Assembly: GCF_000315625.1 (NCBI RefSeq)
Contig: NW_005434671.1
Location: 941,798-1,005,797 of the forward strand
Direction: 5' to 3'
Origin: Guillardia theta CCMP2712
Taxonomy: Eukaryota > Protista > Cryptophyta
Length of the DNA stretch: 64,000 nt
Positions 43,844-55,127 of this stretch are shown one piece after another; position 1 is the stretch's first letter, and each line of letters begins with the position of its first letter. The notes below the pieces were generated by a model. It was not told the DNA's origin, did no database searches, and saw only the letters and a program-made list of their open reading frames with translations. A program made the position numbers and the translations under genes.

Positions 43844-46800
43844 TCACGAGGTCGGACCCCCGAAGAGCTCGTTGATTGCGTGTGCCCATGCTACCACCCC
43901 CATCTTCACTATCTCCATGCTCTCCTCCGACGCTTTCGGCATCATGACCTTCCGCTCCTCCTTCGTTCCCACGTACAAGGACTCAGCAGCGGAGGACATG
44001 GTAGAGATGATAGCAGCCGTCGTCATGGCTACTCTGTCGTCCCGCGACAGTCGCTGCCGTGCCGGCTCGTCCTTCTTGACATCGAGCGAGGAAGCAGCTT
44101 CGTGCGAAACCCCTTGGCTCCCTCCCTCGTGTTCCGCTTGAATGCTCTGCGCTTGCTCCGGAGCTGGTTGGATACTCTCATGCCCACTGGCTGCAGGCAT
44201 GGGGGAAGGGCCCAGCGCACTGGGAGGAGAAGAAAGAGACACGCCTGGGCTGACAAGGTTGTGCCGATGTCGAAGGATTCTTCTCCACCAGAGCTGTAAC
44301 CTGGTAGCAGCAATCTCTTCTGCTATGTTGAGATTCAAGGGCTCCATGAGATGCCCGGCGGAAGAGAACTGCCAAGAGGAAAAACGGAGAGGAGTGAGAC
44401 GAGGGGAGAGTGAGGAGGGAGAGAGTGAGAGTGAGAGAAGAGTTAGGACAAGGATAGCGAGGGACAAGAGAGAACGGAAGAGAGAAAGAAGGAGAGAAAG
44501 AGGATGAGAGAAGAAGAGAGAAAGAAGGAGAGAAAGAGGATGAGAGAAGAAGAGAGAAAGAAGGAGAGAAAGAGGATGAGAAGTGAAGAGGAGCGTGGTG
44601 AAAGAGGAGGAGCAATGAGGTCAGCAAGGACGAAGTTGTCATGGCGAAGCTGACCTTAGCCGACTTGATCGCATCATGAAGAGGAACGTTCTCTTGCAGC
44701 CTCATCCACTTGGGGCCCAGCGACTTGTACCACACGGAGGTCTCAGGGACAATCTTTCCCTCCTGGTATAGGCTGCACAGCTGCACGCGCACGTCAGCAG
44801 CGGGAAAAGGGTGGGGTCCCACTCACCTGCTCGAAGTCTACTGGCCCCTTCCTCTCCTTGCCTTCCACGAAGAAGTAGCTCTTGGTGGTCCACCCCACCT
44901 GCCGTCACTCTCAGCTCGGAGTGTTTGTGCTCATTCCTCGCCACCTGAAGCTGGGAAGCGGCAACGGCCAGGGCTGCGGCTCGCTCGAGTGACATGTGGC
45001 CTCCAGGCCTGCGACGGGAGGAAGAGGAGGACGCGCCTGTGTGCGGACGCCGTTCGGGGGACAACTCACTGCCTGGAGCCCCTTGCTCCTTGTCCTGCTG
45101 GATTTCCTGCGCCACCGCAGGAGCAGGAAGAGCAACCGGCTGCTCGTCATGCTCTCTGTCCTTGGAGACTTGGTGGGGTCCGCTCCTCAGGTGAGCTCGG
45201 ATCGAGCTGGAGAGAGGAGGAGACCATTGTCTGACTCCGGATGCGTGGTGAGAGATCAAGAACGCCAGCTCCTCGTAGAGCTGAGAGAGTTGTTACCTGA
45301 AGCACGCAGGGAGGGGGGGGGGATGGGAACCTGCATGGGAGTGCGCGAATCGTTGGCGGCAGGATGGATGTTGAAGTCTACGATGANNNNNNNNNNNNNN
45401 NNNNNNNNNNNNNNNNNNNNNNNNNNNNNNNNNNNNNNNNNNNNNNNNNNNNNNNNNNNNNNNNNNNNNNNNNNNNNNNNNNNNNNGAGGAGACCATTGT
45501 CTGACTCCGGATGCGTGGTGAGAGATCAAGAACGCCAGCTCCTCGTAGAGCTGAGAGAGTTGTTACCTGAAGCACGCAGGGGAGGGGGGGGGATGGGAAC
45601 CTGCATGGGAGTGCGCGAATCGTTGGCGGCAGGATGGATGTTGAAGTCTACGATGATGCTTCCTGGCTGCAGGCCTGAATACCACAGCAGTCATCCACTT
45701 TCAAGCAGTAGGAATGAGAGGAGGAGGAGGAGGAGGAGGAGGAGGAGGAGGAGGAGGAGGAGGAGGAGGAGGAGGAGCCTTGGAGGAGGAGGAGGAGGAG
45801 GAGGAGTTGCTCGAGCACGGGACAGAATCATCTGACCTGCCATCTGCAAGCACTCGGAAGGGATCCTGAGCACGGCTGCAAGGCTCTCCTGGATCTTCCT
45901 TAGGAAATCTTCCTTCTTGCTTCGGTCCTCCGGGTCCGGGATCCACCTTTCCACCCCCACATCAGCCCTCGGGGACCCAGGGTACTACCTCCTCACTTGT
46001 TGAAGTCAAGGTCCAGGGTCAGGCTGACGCCCACGGGGTCGAAGGAGAGGTTCCTGTTGAGGAACCTCCTGGTGGCTGTCGAGGAGTACTCTGAGAGCTT
46101 CTCTGCTAGCCACTTGACCGTTGCCTGGTCCAGGTTCTCCCTCTGTTGGTCCCTCAGCGCTTCTTGGACGAGCTCGATGGCTGATTGTTCGGACTCGCCG
46201 CTGATTGGAGGGAAGTAGAAGGTCTGCAGGCTGATGTTGGACCTAAGGAGGACAAGGATAGGAAAGGAGGAGGAGGATAGAGGAGGAGGATAGAGGGAAA
46301 GAGAGCGGTCACATGCTGAGGTTGAAATTGTACAGCTTACTCGTCCTTGATGTCGCATCGGAGCATGGGGAGCGCATAGTCGTCGGCAAGGAAGGGATAC
46401 CTGTTTGCGACCGCAGGCCAGATGACTTCATCAGCCCGGGTCGCCTTTGCCGGGATGATAATCTTGGTGATCACGGTCAATGAAGGGGATCAGCGGTAAG
46501 AGAAGTCTACCTGTCCATGGGCCTTGGCTACCGGGGAAGGAACTTGCTGTTGGAGTCGGATGATGACTTGAAACAAGTTCTCGTTGGCAGGGTCGTTTAG
46601 GATCTGCTGACTTGTCAGCGGGAACGTCACGAGTGACTGCGGTCATCCTCACTTTGTCGATCACACTTGAGACTCGGTCGACATTGCGGTTGATCTTGGG
46701 CTGTCTGAGAAAATATTCGACGCCTCCGTAGGAGACTGCAAACTCCTCTCCGAGTGTGTCGACTTGGATCCTGCACGACAGGCTGTCAAAGAGAGGTCAG

Positions 46801-48914
46801 GAGCGAAGGTTGTCAAATACTGCGAGCTGGGAAGACGCTCGGCAAACGCTTTCTGATCTTCTCATGACAGCAGTCAGTTCATGATAAGACCTTTCAACAG
46901 CTATACCTTGTTCGCTCCACTCCCAGCCGTGCGAGGGAGAGAGGATCTCATTCCTGCTGCTGAGCGTCGTGACATCGGGCCCAGTCTGCACCTCTTGACT
47001 TCTCGTCGTCACATGCCCTCGTCGGACTTTGATCAGCGGGAGGTCTTTTTCCTCCGGGCGATGAGGAGCGTTTGAGGTGGCAGCGAATGCATCGTCGCCG
47101 GCGAGGGAGAGAAGGTCTAGCTTGCGAGGGCGACTCTCCTGCTGCTTCTCCCCCTGCATGATGTGCGGCCTTACAAACTTGTCGATGTTGAACTGGATCT
47201 GTTCCACCAATGTGTCAACACGACAGGATCGCAAACACGACCACCAATGCAGCGATCAAAGGCACCACAGGCTTTCTCATGCACACCTGAGAGATCTCCA
47301 TCGGAGGAACGATAGTGTTGAGGGCAACCTCCATCTGATCTACAGTGCTGGCCTCGGAGATTCTTCCCTCAAGAGCATTCTGCTCAACGCTCGTGAACAA
47401 CTGAGGCAGGAGAAGCGAGGAAGGGATCACCTTGATCGACACAAAGAGGGCTGCGCAGACCTTGGGTAGGGAAGTTTTCCCGAAGATGAAGATCAGATCC
47501 CAGAGGAACAGGGTGACTTCCAGCCTGCAGAAAGACAAAACAGACGTGTATCAAATCAAACAGCGCCACAAGCATCAGTGCAGCTAATCTCGACATCATA
47601 TCACACTATGATCATCTCAACCGATAACATCCTAGCTCTTACCTCACGAAAACTCCAGTGAACATCCTTTGAACGAGCGGTAAGAGCAGCAAGCTCAGTC
47701 CTCCATGCACTTTCATATCCTTTGTCTTTCTCAGATCCCAGATCTTGTGCTTGCTGTGGTGAACGAGGCTGGAACCCCCAGCTCTCTGCCCAGCAAAGTG
47801 CTCGCTCGACGCAACCTTGCTGACCAGCTGATAATACTTCTCGTCCTCCTTGCGGATCATCACGGAGACCTGGAGCTCTCAGTCAAGACACATAGACATT
47901 CCATCATCTCAAGGCACCTCATCCACAAATTCCCTCCACGCGTTCTGCTGCTGTGCGCTCTCCGGCTTGCACGTGTCCTCATTCATGAACTCGCTCAGCC
48001 CCGTACCCTCCTGCTCGTCCGGTCACAAGGACTCTGCGATGCTCGAGGAGAGCTACCTTCATTGCTACGAAGTAGTCAAGGAGCCCCTGCGGCCTCATCC
48101 CCTCCCTCAGAAGATCAGAGCTCGTGTCTGCAGGCACCATGGTTGCCACCAGCGGAACGACAGCGAACAACCAGGGCGTCACTAAGTCGACCTTGCTGCT
48201 TGCTGTGAGGTGTGATATGACTGCAATGATGGCGTTCAGACATGCAAGGGAAGGTCAAGTCATTGTCTACCTGTTTTCATCAGGTTTGCCCTTTTCGTGA
48301 CGTTCCTGACCCCCAGCTCATTCAGCAGCTCGCTGCACATTGTCCACAACTACAAGGCTCGTCAACGATGACAACAAGGTCAGATCACCCTCTCCTTCCA
48401 TCTCCCACACCTCTGCATCATTCGCGGCGATCTTCAGCGCAACGTCCCCTGAGCTATTCCGAAGGCTCCCTCGGAGGTACATGCCCCAGACCTGAACCCG
48501 CAATGCTGCAGGAAGTCCGTAGAAGCTCAGATGCCGCAGGATGTCGAAACGGTCTGGCCATCGCTCAAGAATGGTGCCTGAGATGTTGCCAGCGATGTTC
48601 ACAAGAATCTCCATCTTGCCAAGAGTCGAGCCTGGCTTGTTCGAATCCCTGATCGACTGCTCTTGCATGTACCTTTCCGTGATATGTTCAGCCTTGTGAA
48701 CGAGGCTCTGGTAAGCATCGCTCTCGGGAAGAAACTCGTCTTCAATGGATGAGAACAAGGCAGACCTCTGCTCTTGGCTGAGATCAGAGAAGATGCTTCT
48801 CCCGTTGGTGACCACTCTTTCCTTCATCTCCTCCAGAATGATGGAGACGAGCTCTTCCCATTCTTCGGAGTCTTCGAATGACTCTTTGAAGGTGTCAAGC
48901 CCTCGTGCTGTCAT
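43844..48914 (-). CDS. Rab-GAP TBC-domain protein, apparently continuing into GYF_2 and IQ motifs (could be two genes)
   Basis: TBC-like GLPAALRVQVWG and LFLWDLIFIFG…KVCAALF; GYF_2-like SYFFVEGKERKGPVDFEQ|LCSLYQEGKIVPETSVWYKSLGPKW; IQ-like AATRLQLWWRRILR. Confidence 0.7.
44477..44582. repeat. ~36-bp purine-rich tandem repeat x3 (intronic)
   Basis: GAAGAGAGAAAGAAGGAGAGAAAGAGGATGAGA-like units. Confidence 0.85.
45387..45486. other. 100-N assembly gap with the same ~170 bp on both sides
   Basis: 45217-45386 reappears almost identically at 45487-45656. Confidence 0.9.
45716..45806. repeat. (GGA)n microsatellite
   Basis: Directly visible. Confidence 0.95.
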
Positions 48915-49339
48915 CTCCTTGCGGGCTCAGGCAGTTTCATCCTCCCCAGCTGCCATGCCAGCTACCCTTGCAAGCACGCGCCCGCCCAACTCCTGCCATG
49001 TTTGCTCCCTCAGAAACCATGGCATGCAACCAACGATAGACCGAGCAAGCTCACCTCGCGACGAGGGACCGGGGCGATTGATGACTCGGCGTCGGATCTC
49101 GTCAGTGCCGGTGGCACCCCGGCCGCCCGGGCCGCGCCGCCGGGCGGCCCGCCAGTCGGACTCCCGGAGTCCGGGAGACCGCTCAGTCCGCCGGAGCCCA
49201 CCTCAGTGTACGGTCCGAGGCCTGGCCTTCACTCAAAGTGAGGTGTCACATAACAGAGCCGAAAACGGATCATGATGGTATTCCGAAGTTCTTCATCCCG
49301 AGTCCCTGGAAGTCCGGCAACTTCAGCATCGAGCTCGCA

Positions 49340-49428
49340 CTGCTGGGTCTAGCCGTCTTCCTTGCAGGAGAGGCTTGCGCTTCTGCTGGGTCTAGCCGTC
49401 TTCCTTGCAGGAGAGGCTTGCGCTTCTG
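49340..49428. repeat. Perfect 43-bp tandem duplication
   Basis: CTGCTGGGTCTAGCCGTCTTCCTTGCAGGAGAGGCTTGCGCTT occurs twice. Confidence 0.9.
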
Positions 49429-50041
49429 CTCTTTGTCCTGAACATGCCGTCGCTCCGATGTGGTGGGAGTAAAGGTTTTCGCATCCTCCTCTTTTCCCAT
49501 TTTTCTGTTGAGGCGAATTTGTTGCCATTCCCTTTCGACAGTCTGGTTCGAAGCCAGCATCACTGCCGCGGCTCCAGGAATATGATCCTGCCCAAGTGGT
49601 GAGAGCGCGAGGTGCGCTATGCCACGGCCCCCAGGATAACTTAGTCGTTCTCGCATCGCACTGCGGAAGCTGAACCAAGTGGGAGGCGAACAGACTATCG
49701 GGGAGCACGCCGATCAAATCGTTTATTGCACACCAATATACATTGAAGCCTTCTTCCCTCCCCTCTTCACGCCTCGCGTCCCCCCTGCTCTCGTCTACCT
49801 CTGCGATCGCCCGCTGCCTCTCCTCGAGCTTCCTCCGCGCAGCAAGGATGTTCTCCAGACAGCTCCCCTTGCTCGCCTTGACGATGCCCGGCGGCTGTCT
49901 CGGGAGGGCTGGAGCTTGGGGGAGGAGGGGCAGGTCTCCGGCTGATCTCTTGCAGGGGAGGGCGACGGGGAGCGTGCGGGGAGGAGGGGAGGGAGCGGCG
50001 GAGAGGGAGACCTCGGACCAGAGAACGGTTACAGGGCGCAT
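49349..50041 (-). CDS. WSEVS/LENILAARRK microprotein family, copy 1 (stop lost by 1-bp deletion; reads through)
   Basis: MRPVTVLWSEVSLSAAP…SCLENILAARRKLEERQRAIAEVDESRG, then a shifted frame. Confidence 0.5.
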   Translation of the reverse strand: MRPVTVLWSEVSLSAAPSPPPRTLPVALPCKRSAGDLPLLPQAPALPRQPPGIVKASKGSCLENILAARRKLEERQRAIAEVDESRGDARREEGREEGFNVYWCAINDLIGVLPDSLFASHLVQLPQCDARTTKLSWGPWHSAPRALTTWAGSYSWSRGSDAGFEPDCRKGMATNSPQQKNGKRGGCENLYSHHIGATACSGQRAEAQASPARKTARPSRSASLSCKEDG

Positions 50042-51051
50042 GGCGTGCGAGAGGCAAGGAAGGGGGAAGGCAGAGCGAGGACAGGCTGGACGAGGGAGAG
50101 GCCGAGGTGATGGACAAGACGAGGCTGGAGAGGAGGGGGCGGGAGAGAGCAGCGAGTCGGAGCCTGATGAAGGAGTCGAAGGGAAGTAACTCCGGTATGG
50201 ACATGCAAGTGACACGGACCTGGCACGGATGTTGGATCCGGGATACGAAACGATGTATCTGTAGATATCTGGTTGGGAAGGGGGTTGCTGACGGAGACAT
50301 ATGGATTCGAACTGAGAGGATTTCGCGGCATTGCAACGAAGGCCCTGGGCACGGACCTGCAGTGACGAACGTAGATATGGAGGTCTGTATTTTGAGATCT
50401 TGGTAGTCAAGTCAGCAACCTCTTGGGAACATCAACTTTTTATGTCAGCATTCTGCCGCTACAGGTTGTCGATGGGATGTTTCCGAATGGCAGACTCGGA
50501 CGTGATCGTCCGACTGTATTGTCATGGTCCATTTACCGCACTATGCTTACCACGTCAGGCCACCGCCCCGGTCGATCAACCAGTCTCCAGGAACTCCCGG
50601 ACCAAGGAAGTGTACGGTGTACTTTACCGACTCGAGTGATGCCGGCGGCCCCGACCTGGGCCCGGCGCTCAGGCTGGCCGCGCGACGGAGCTGTCAGTTG
50701 AAGCACCGATTCATGACTTGTCATGCTGATTCAAGGCGCCACAGTCTGAAGGTCGGCGTGTCCCATGCGAGCATGGCTCGCTGTACGGAGTTGTATGCGA
50801 TGTTCGTGGAGCACTGCGATTCGTCTCGGACAACTTCAAGCAGAGCCTAAGTGGTATGTGTTCACTGCTGCACCACAGGCACTCAAACTTCATGTCAGGA
50901 GGATCCAGCGGCAAAACTTCGTCATCGAAGCGATACTCTAGTTATATTGTACAGCCATCAGCACATAGCAAGACAAGCAAGACCCTCGGCTCACATGGAT
51001 CTTTATTTACAAGCGCTATGTACATTTCCCGCCTATCGTCCCCTCCCCTCC

Positions 51052-51327
51052 TCACGCCTCGCGTCTCCCCCTACTCTCGTCTACCTCTGCGATCGCCCGC
51101 TGCCTCTCCCCGTGCTTCCTCCGCGCAGCAAGGATGTTCTCCAGACAGCTCCCCTTGCTCGCCTTGACGATGCCCGGCGGCTGTCTCGGGAGGGCTGGAG
51201 CTTGGGGGAGGAGGGGAAGGTCTCCGGCTGATCTCTTGCAGGGGAGGGCGACGGGGAGCTTGCGGGGAGGAGGGGAGGGAGCAGCGGAGAGGGAGACCTC
51301 GGACCAGAGAACGGTGACAGGGCGCAT
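51052..51327 (-). CDS. Microprotein family, copy 2 (91 aa)
   Basis: Intact ATG-to-TGA ORF with TGTAAATAAA downstream. Confidence 0.65.
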   Translation of the reverse strand: MRPVTVLWSEVSLSAAPSPPPRKLPVALPCKRSAGDLPLLPQAPALPRQPPGIVKASKGSCLENILAARRKHGERQRAIAEVDESRGRREA

Positions 51328-51921
51328 GCAAGACGAGGCTGGAGAGGAGGGGGCGGGAGAGAGCAGCGAGTCGGAGCCTTATGAAGGAGTCGAAGGGAAG
51401 TAACTCCGGTATGGACATGCAAGTGACACGGACCTGGCACGGACGTTGGATCCGGGATACGAAACGATGTATCTGTAGATATCTGGTTGGAATGGGGGTT
51501 GCTGACGGAGACGTATGGATTCGAACTGAGAGGATTTCGCGGCATTGCAACGAAGGCCCTGGTCACGGACTAGCTGCTGCTTACAGCCGTCAGCAACCTC
51601 TTGGGAACATCACTGCGAAGGAGGTCCGTGTGATAGGGACGTTTTATGTCACAGACGCCTCCGTAAAGACGCCGCCGGATGCGAAGGTTGTTAGTAGATG
51701 AAAAGTGGTGGAGTCCGTGCTATGTATGAAGTCTTACGAGGAATCGTTGTACTTTTACTCTGTTCCAGGAACATGAGATATGCTCTAGTAGTGAGAGGCT
51801 TGCGCCGTGACTCACTTCGGAACAAGTCCGTCACGAGGCTGACAATGATGTCCTTGTGACTATCCTCGACTGACCTCTTGAAGGAGACTCGTGCTCTGGT
51901 CTGCCTCCTGCCACCAGCTTC

Positions 51922-52215
51922 ATGCGCTCCCTCACCATCCGCTGGTCCGAGGTCTCTGTCTCCGCCGCTCCTCATCCCCGCTGTCCCTTCTTGCGCGCTG
52001 TCGCTCCAGCTGGCCCCGCATGTAGGAGAAGAGCGGACGAGTCTAAGGGGAGCATGACGTCCACGAGCTGCCTTGAGAACATTCTAGCGGCGAGGAGAAA
52101 ACATCAGGAAAAGCATCAAGCCCTTCGAACGTCCAAGCACGAGCAAGGGAAGAAAGTGGGTTCAGAGATGGATAGCCGAGGACGGGGAATGGACACGACG
52201 ACATGTAAATGCTAG
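51922..52215 (+). CDS. Microprotein family, diverged copy 3 (97 aa)
   Basis: MRSLTIRWSEVSVSAAP…SCLENILAARRKHQEKHQAL…; TGTAAATAAA just after the stop. Confidence 0.65.
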   Translation: MRSLTIRWSEVSVSAAPHPRCPFLRAVAPAGPACRRRADESKGSMTSTSCLENILAARRKHQEKHQALRTSKHEQGKKVGSEMDSRGRGMDTTTCKC

Positions 52216-52739
52216 AATGTAAATAAACTCTTTGCACTTAAAGACAGAAAGACATCATATCTCCCAAGAAGAGCCAAATACAGTCAACCTGAGCTTCATG
52301 CCTCCCTGTGCTTATTTCCAAGATGCCGCTATCAGCTTGTCCAATGCCATACCAGGTCTTATTTTTTATCATCTTGACGAGCTCGTGGGAAAGCAAGAGT
52401 AATGTTTTTCTTGTTGGTCATCAGTCGATGAGATCTTCTTTCCTCTTCAGAGAATCTCACGCCGCAGATGATCTTAGTATGTCAACAGGATCATCAAACT
52501 GCAGATAGCAGACTGAGGTACCAGGCGGTTTGCACCATGCTGCCATCCCTCCTCCTCCTCATCATCAACTGTCCGCATTCTTGAGCAGCTGAGGTGTCTC
52601 TTTCCAAAGAGGGAACAACCCTCGTGAGTCGTTCTCCTGGAATCTGTTCCGCACGCTGTCGATGCCTTGCGCCCTGTTGACTTTCCCTGTCTGCAGGCAC
52701 ATAAGAGGAGTGTCGTGATGCTTGTCTCTCCTCCACGGG

Positions 52740-54082
52740 TCAGCCTGGTGCTCCAGCTGGACCTTGACTACATCTCTCTGCCCGTAGTAGGACGCAATGT
52801 GCAGCGTTGCCGAATTTCTTTTCCCTCACCTTCACGTCCACTCCAAACTTGGACAGGAGCAACTTAGCCTCGGATCTTTGGTCTGCCGTACTTAGCCGAA
52901 ACATGAAGGTGAGGAGCGTTTTCAGATGTTTGCAGAGCTTCTGATCCTCATGGATACTTGCATCACTCACTACCTTCAACCACAAAAACCTGCACATGGT
53001 GCTGCACATGGTGCTGTATTCTTGCAGGAAGCTTTTCATGTGCATGTTGAAGTCGTCACTGTTGCCCTCATTTCCGGTGACGATAACTTCGTAGTCGATC
53101 TGTTCATCTTCAGAGTCACCGGCATCGCTCACTTCAGACTGACTGACTGTCTCCTCATCCGAGAGCTCACTCTTGTCTCCTGCTGGGGAGCAAAGGTGCG
53201 CTGTGCATACTGACATCTCCCTCATTTGCCTTAAATAGTTTTCCACCACCTACTCACAATTCATATTCGAAAGATATCGAGCCATCTTCGCGAGCCAGTC
53301 CTCGTTAAGGGATGAAGTCACTGGTGTTGCTTCTTCTCCCTGTATTGCTTCTCCATCTTCTTCCATCTCTTCTGCCTCCTCCTCAGGCCTTGAAAGACAG
53401 AAAGCTGAAGCATCTCAATGACCGTACAACTTGTACCCACTGAACATCTTCTTGCTTTAGCCATGGAAGTCGACAAAGATTGATGTCCGACAAGACCGTC
53501 ATACAATTTCTCTGTGAACTCAATCGCTTTATCATCTTCCAAGCCTCCTTTGTGTCCGATCGAAAAGTCAACAATCTTTGCCAGTTTCCTTTTATGTTCG
53601 TTGGAAGCACATGCGTTGAACACCACCAGCTGCGCTTGGGCAGCTCCCTCCTTCTCTGCCTGCAGATTGTGAGCACTGACAGCGTCCATGATGGTTTCAG
53701 AAACGACAATATTTCGGAAGAGGCCGATTGCTTCATTCCCTGCATGGCAACTGAAGTGAAGAATGAGAGGATGGCGATTATTGAAGTCTGTGCCGCTCAG
53801 GATGGCATGAACGTAACGGATACCTCCACTTAACTGCGCGCAGGACAATTCCCCCGCCCCATGCCAGGAGGCCTTGAGCTGACGAAAGATCCTGGACCGG
53901 ATGCGTTTACAAGTCGGATCACCTGAGACGTCTTGCGAGGCCGTGAGACCATCCAGCGCTGCCGTTTCCTTGTTCGCCGAGCGATCCGCCAACCACCACA
54001 GAAAGCGCATCCTGCAAGAGGCCATCAGTGCTGGCGATGATGGGAAGAAAGGCCTTTGGCGGGACGTGCTGAGCATATGCAT
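52740..54082 (-). CDS. CHAT (caspase-HetF-like) domain protein; intact by splicing or a pseudogene
   Basis: PLILHFSCHA (catalytic His), LVVFNACAS (catalytic Cys), FSIG…LEDDKAIEFTEKLYDGL..HQSLSTSM, matching the CHAT pattern HFsGHG/lvvLnAC/D.aa..F...FY..L. An acidic linker and a further domain follow in another frame. Confidence 0.7.
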
Positions 54083-54872
54083 TACGATGCCCTCGGATCT
54101 TCCGCTGTGCTGCTGATTTCAGTTTGCTCCGAGCGAGGTCCGGTATTCAGTCCATCATTGTCAAAAACAAGTGACATGCTGAAGTCCAGGATTAACCCAT
54201 GCCATCCACCTCCAGTCTCCTGCAGTTGCGAAAGTACTGATATGTCTCAAGGGAGGAAAGAGGAAGCCTCTCGCTCCCTCCCGGCCGGCGGAGTCCGACT
54301 CGGAACTCAGCGGCGGGCCGCCATATGTCAACGTCAAGTGCGGCCGCGGCCGCCAAGCCTTGAAGGGTGGCCCGGGCCCGGGCCCGGGGGGGAGGGGACT
54401 GAGTGAGCGTTCGAAACGGACTCGGAACGAGCGTGACGGGCCCGGGGCCTTGCTGGGCCCTCAGCATGTCGCACCTGTCATGCGTTGCTGACGACCCAGT
54501 GACTTTGGGCTAGTGCTAACCACACGGGGTATCCTCTATCACCGCTTCAAGTGTCTGAGTGAAAGAGTCTGATACAGGATATTTTATGTCAGCGACCTCG
54601 TGACCGTTTGAGTCTATAGTGATAGGCTACCTTCGGACCATCTGTCCGACCATTCTAGAATCTCCGGACGTGGCCTCCGTGTGAGCTTTGATGCCACTCG
54701 GGCTCAATGTTCCTCTAAACTCGTCGCCGGATGTTTACTACAGTGACTGATGATTCCAAAAACGGTCACGAGGTCGCTGCGTGACCAGGCAGAGCCGCAT
54801 TCCCCTTGACTTCTTCAACCACTCCGCTGCACCTCAACTTCCCCTCAACCACCAGCGCCGCCAAGACTCGCC

Positions 54873-55127
54873 ATGCGCCCTGTCACCGTTCTCTGGTCCG
54901 AGGTCTCCCTCTCCGCCGCTCCCTCCCCTCCTCCCCGCGCGCTCCCCGTCGCCCTCCCTTGCAAGAGATCAGCCGGAGACCTGCCCCTCCTCCCCCAAGC
55001 TCCAGCCCTCCCGAGACAGCCGCCGGGCATCGTCAAGGCAAGCAAGGGGAGCTGTCTGGAGAACATCCTTGCTGCGCGGAGGAAGCTCGAGGAGAGGCAG
55101 CGGGCGATCATCGGATTGCAGAGGTAG
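54873..55127 (+). CDS. Microprotein family, copy 4 (84 aa, 8-bp insertion variant)
   Basis: ATCGGATT insertion gives C-terminus IIGLQR*. Confidence 0.6.
   Translation: MRPVTVLWSEVSLSAAPSPPPRALPVALPCKRSAGDLPLLPQAPALPRQPPGIVKASKGSCLENILAARRKLEERQRAIIGLQR

Noticed and set aside
45217-45656. Apparent exon duplication in the TBC-GYF gene
   Set aside because: The copies sit directly either side of a 100-N gap and differ only in a G homopolymer; most likely an unmerged contig overlap.
49560-49660. Possible ninth, highly diverged microprotein copy (RTTKLSWGPWHSAPRAL)
   Set aside because: Only weak resemblance, no in-frame ATG at the matching position, and no LENILAARRK motif.
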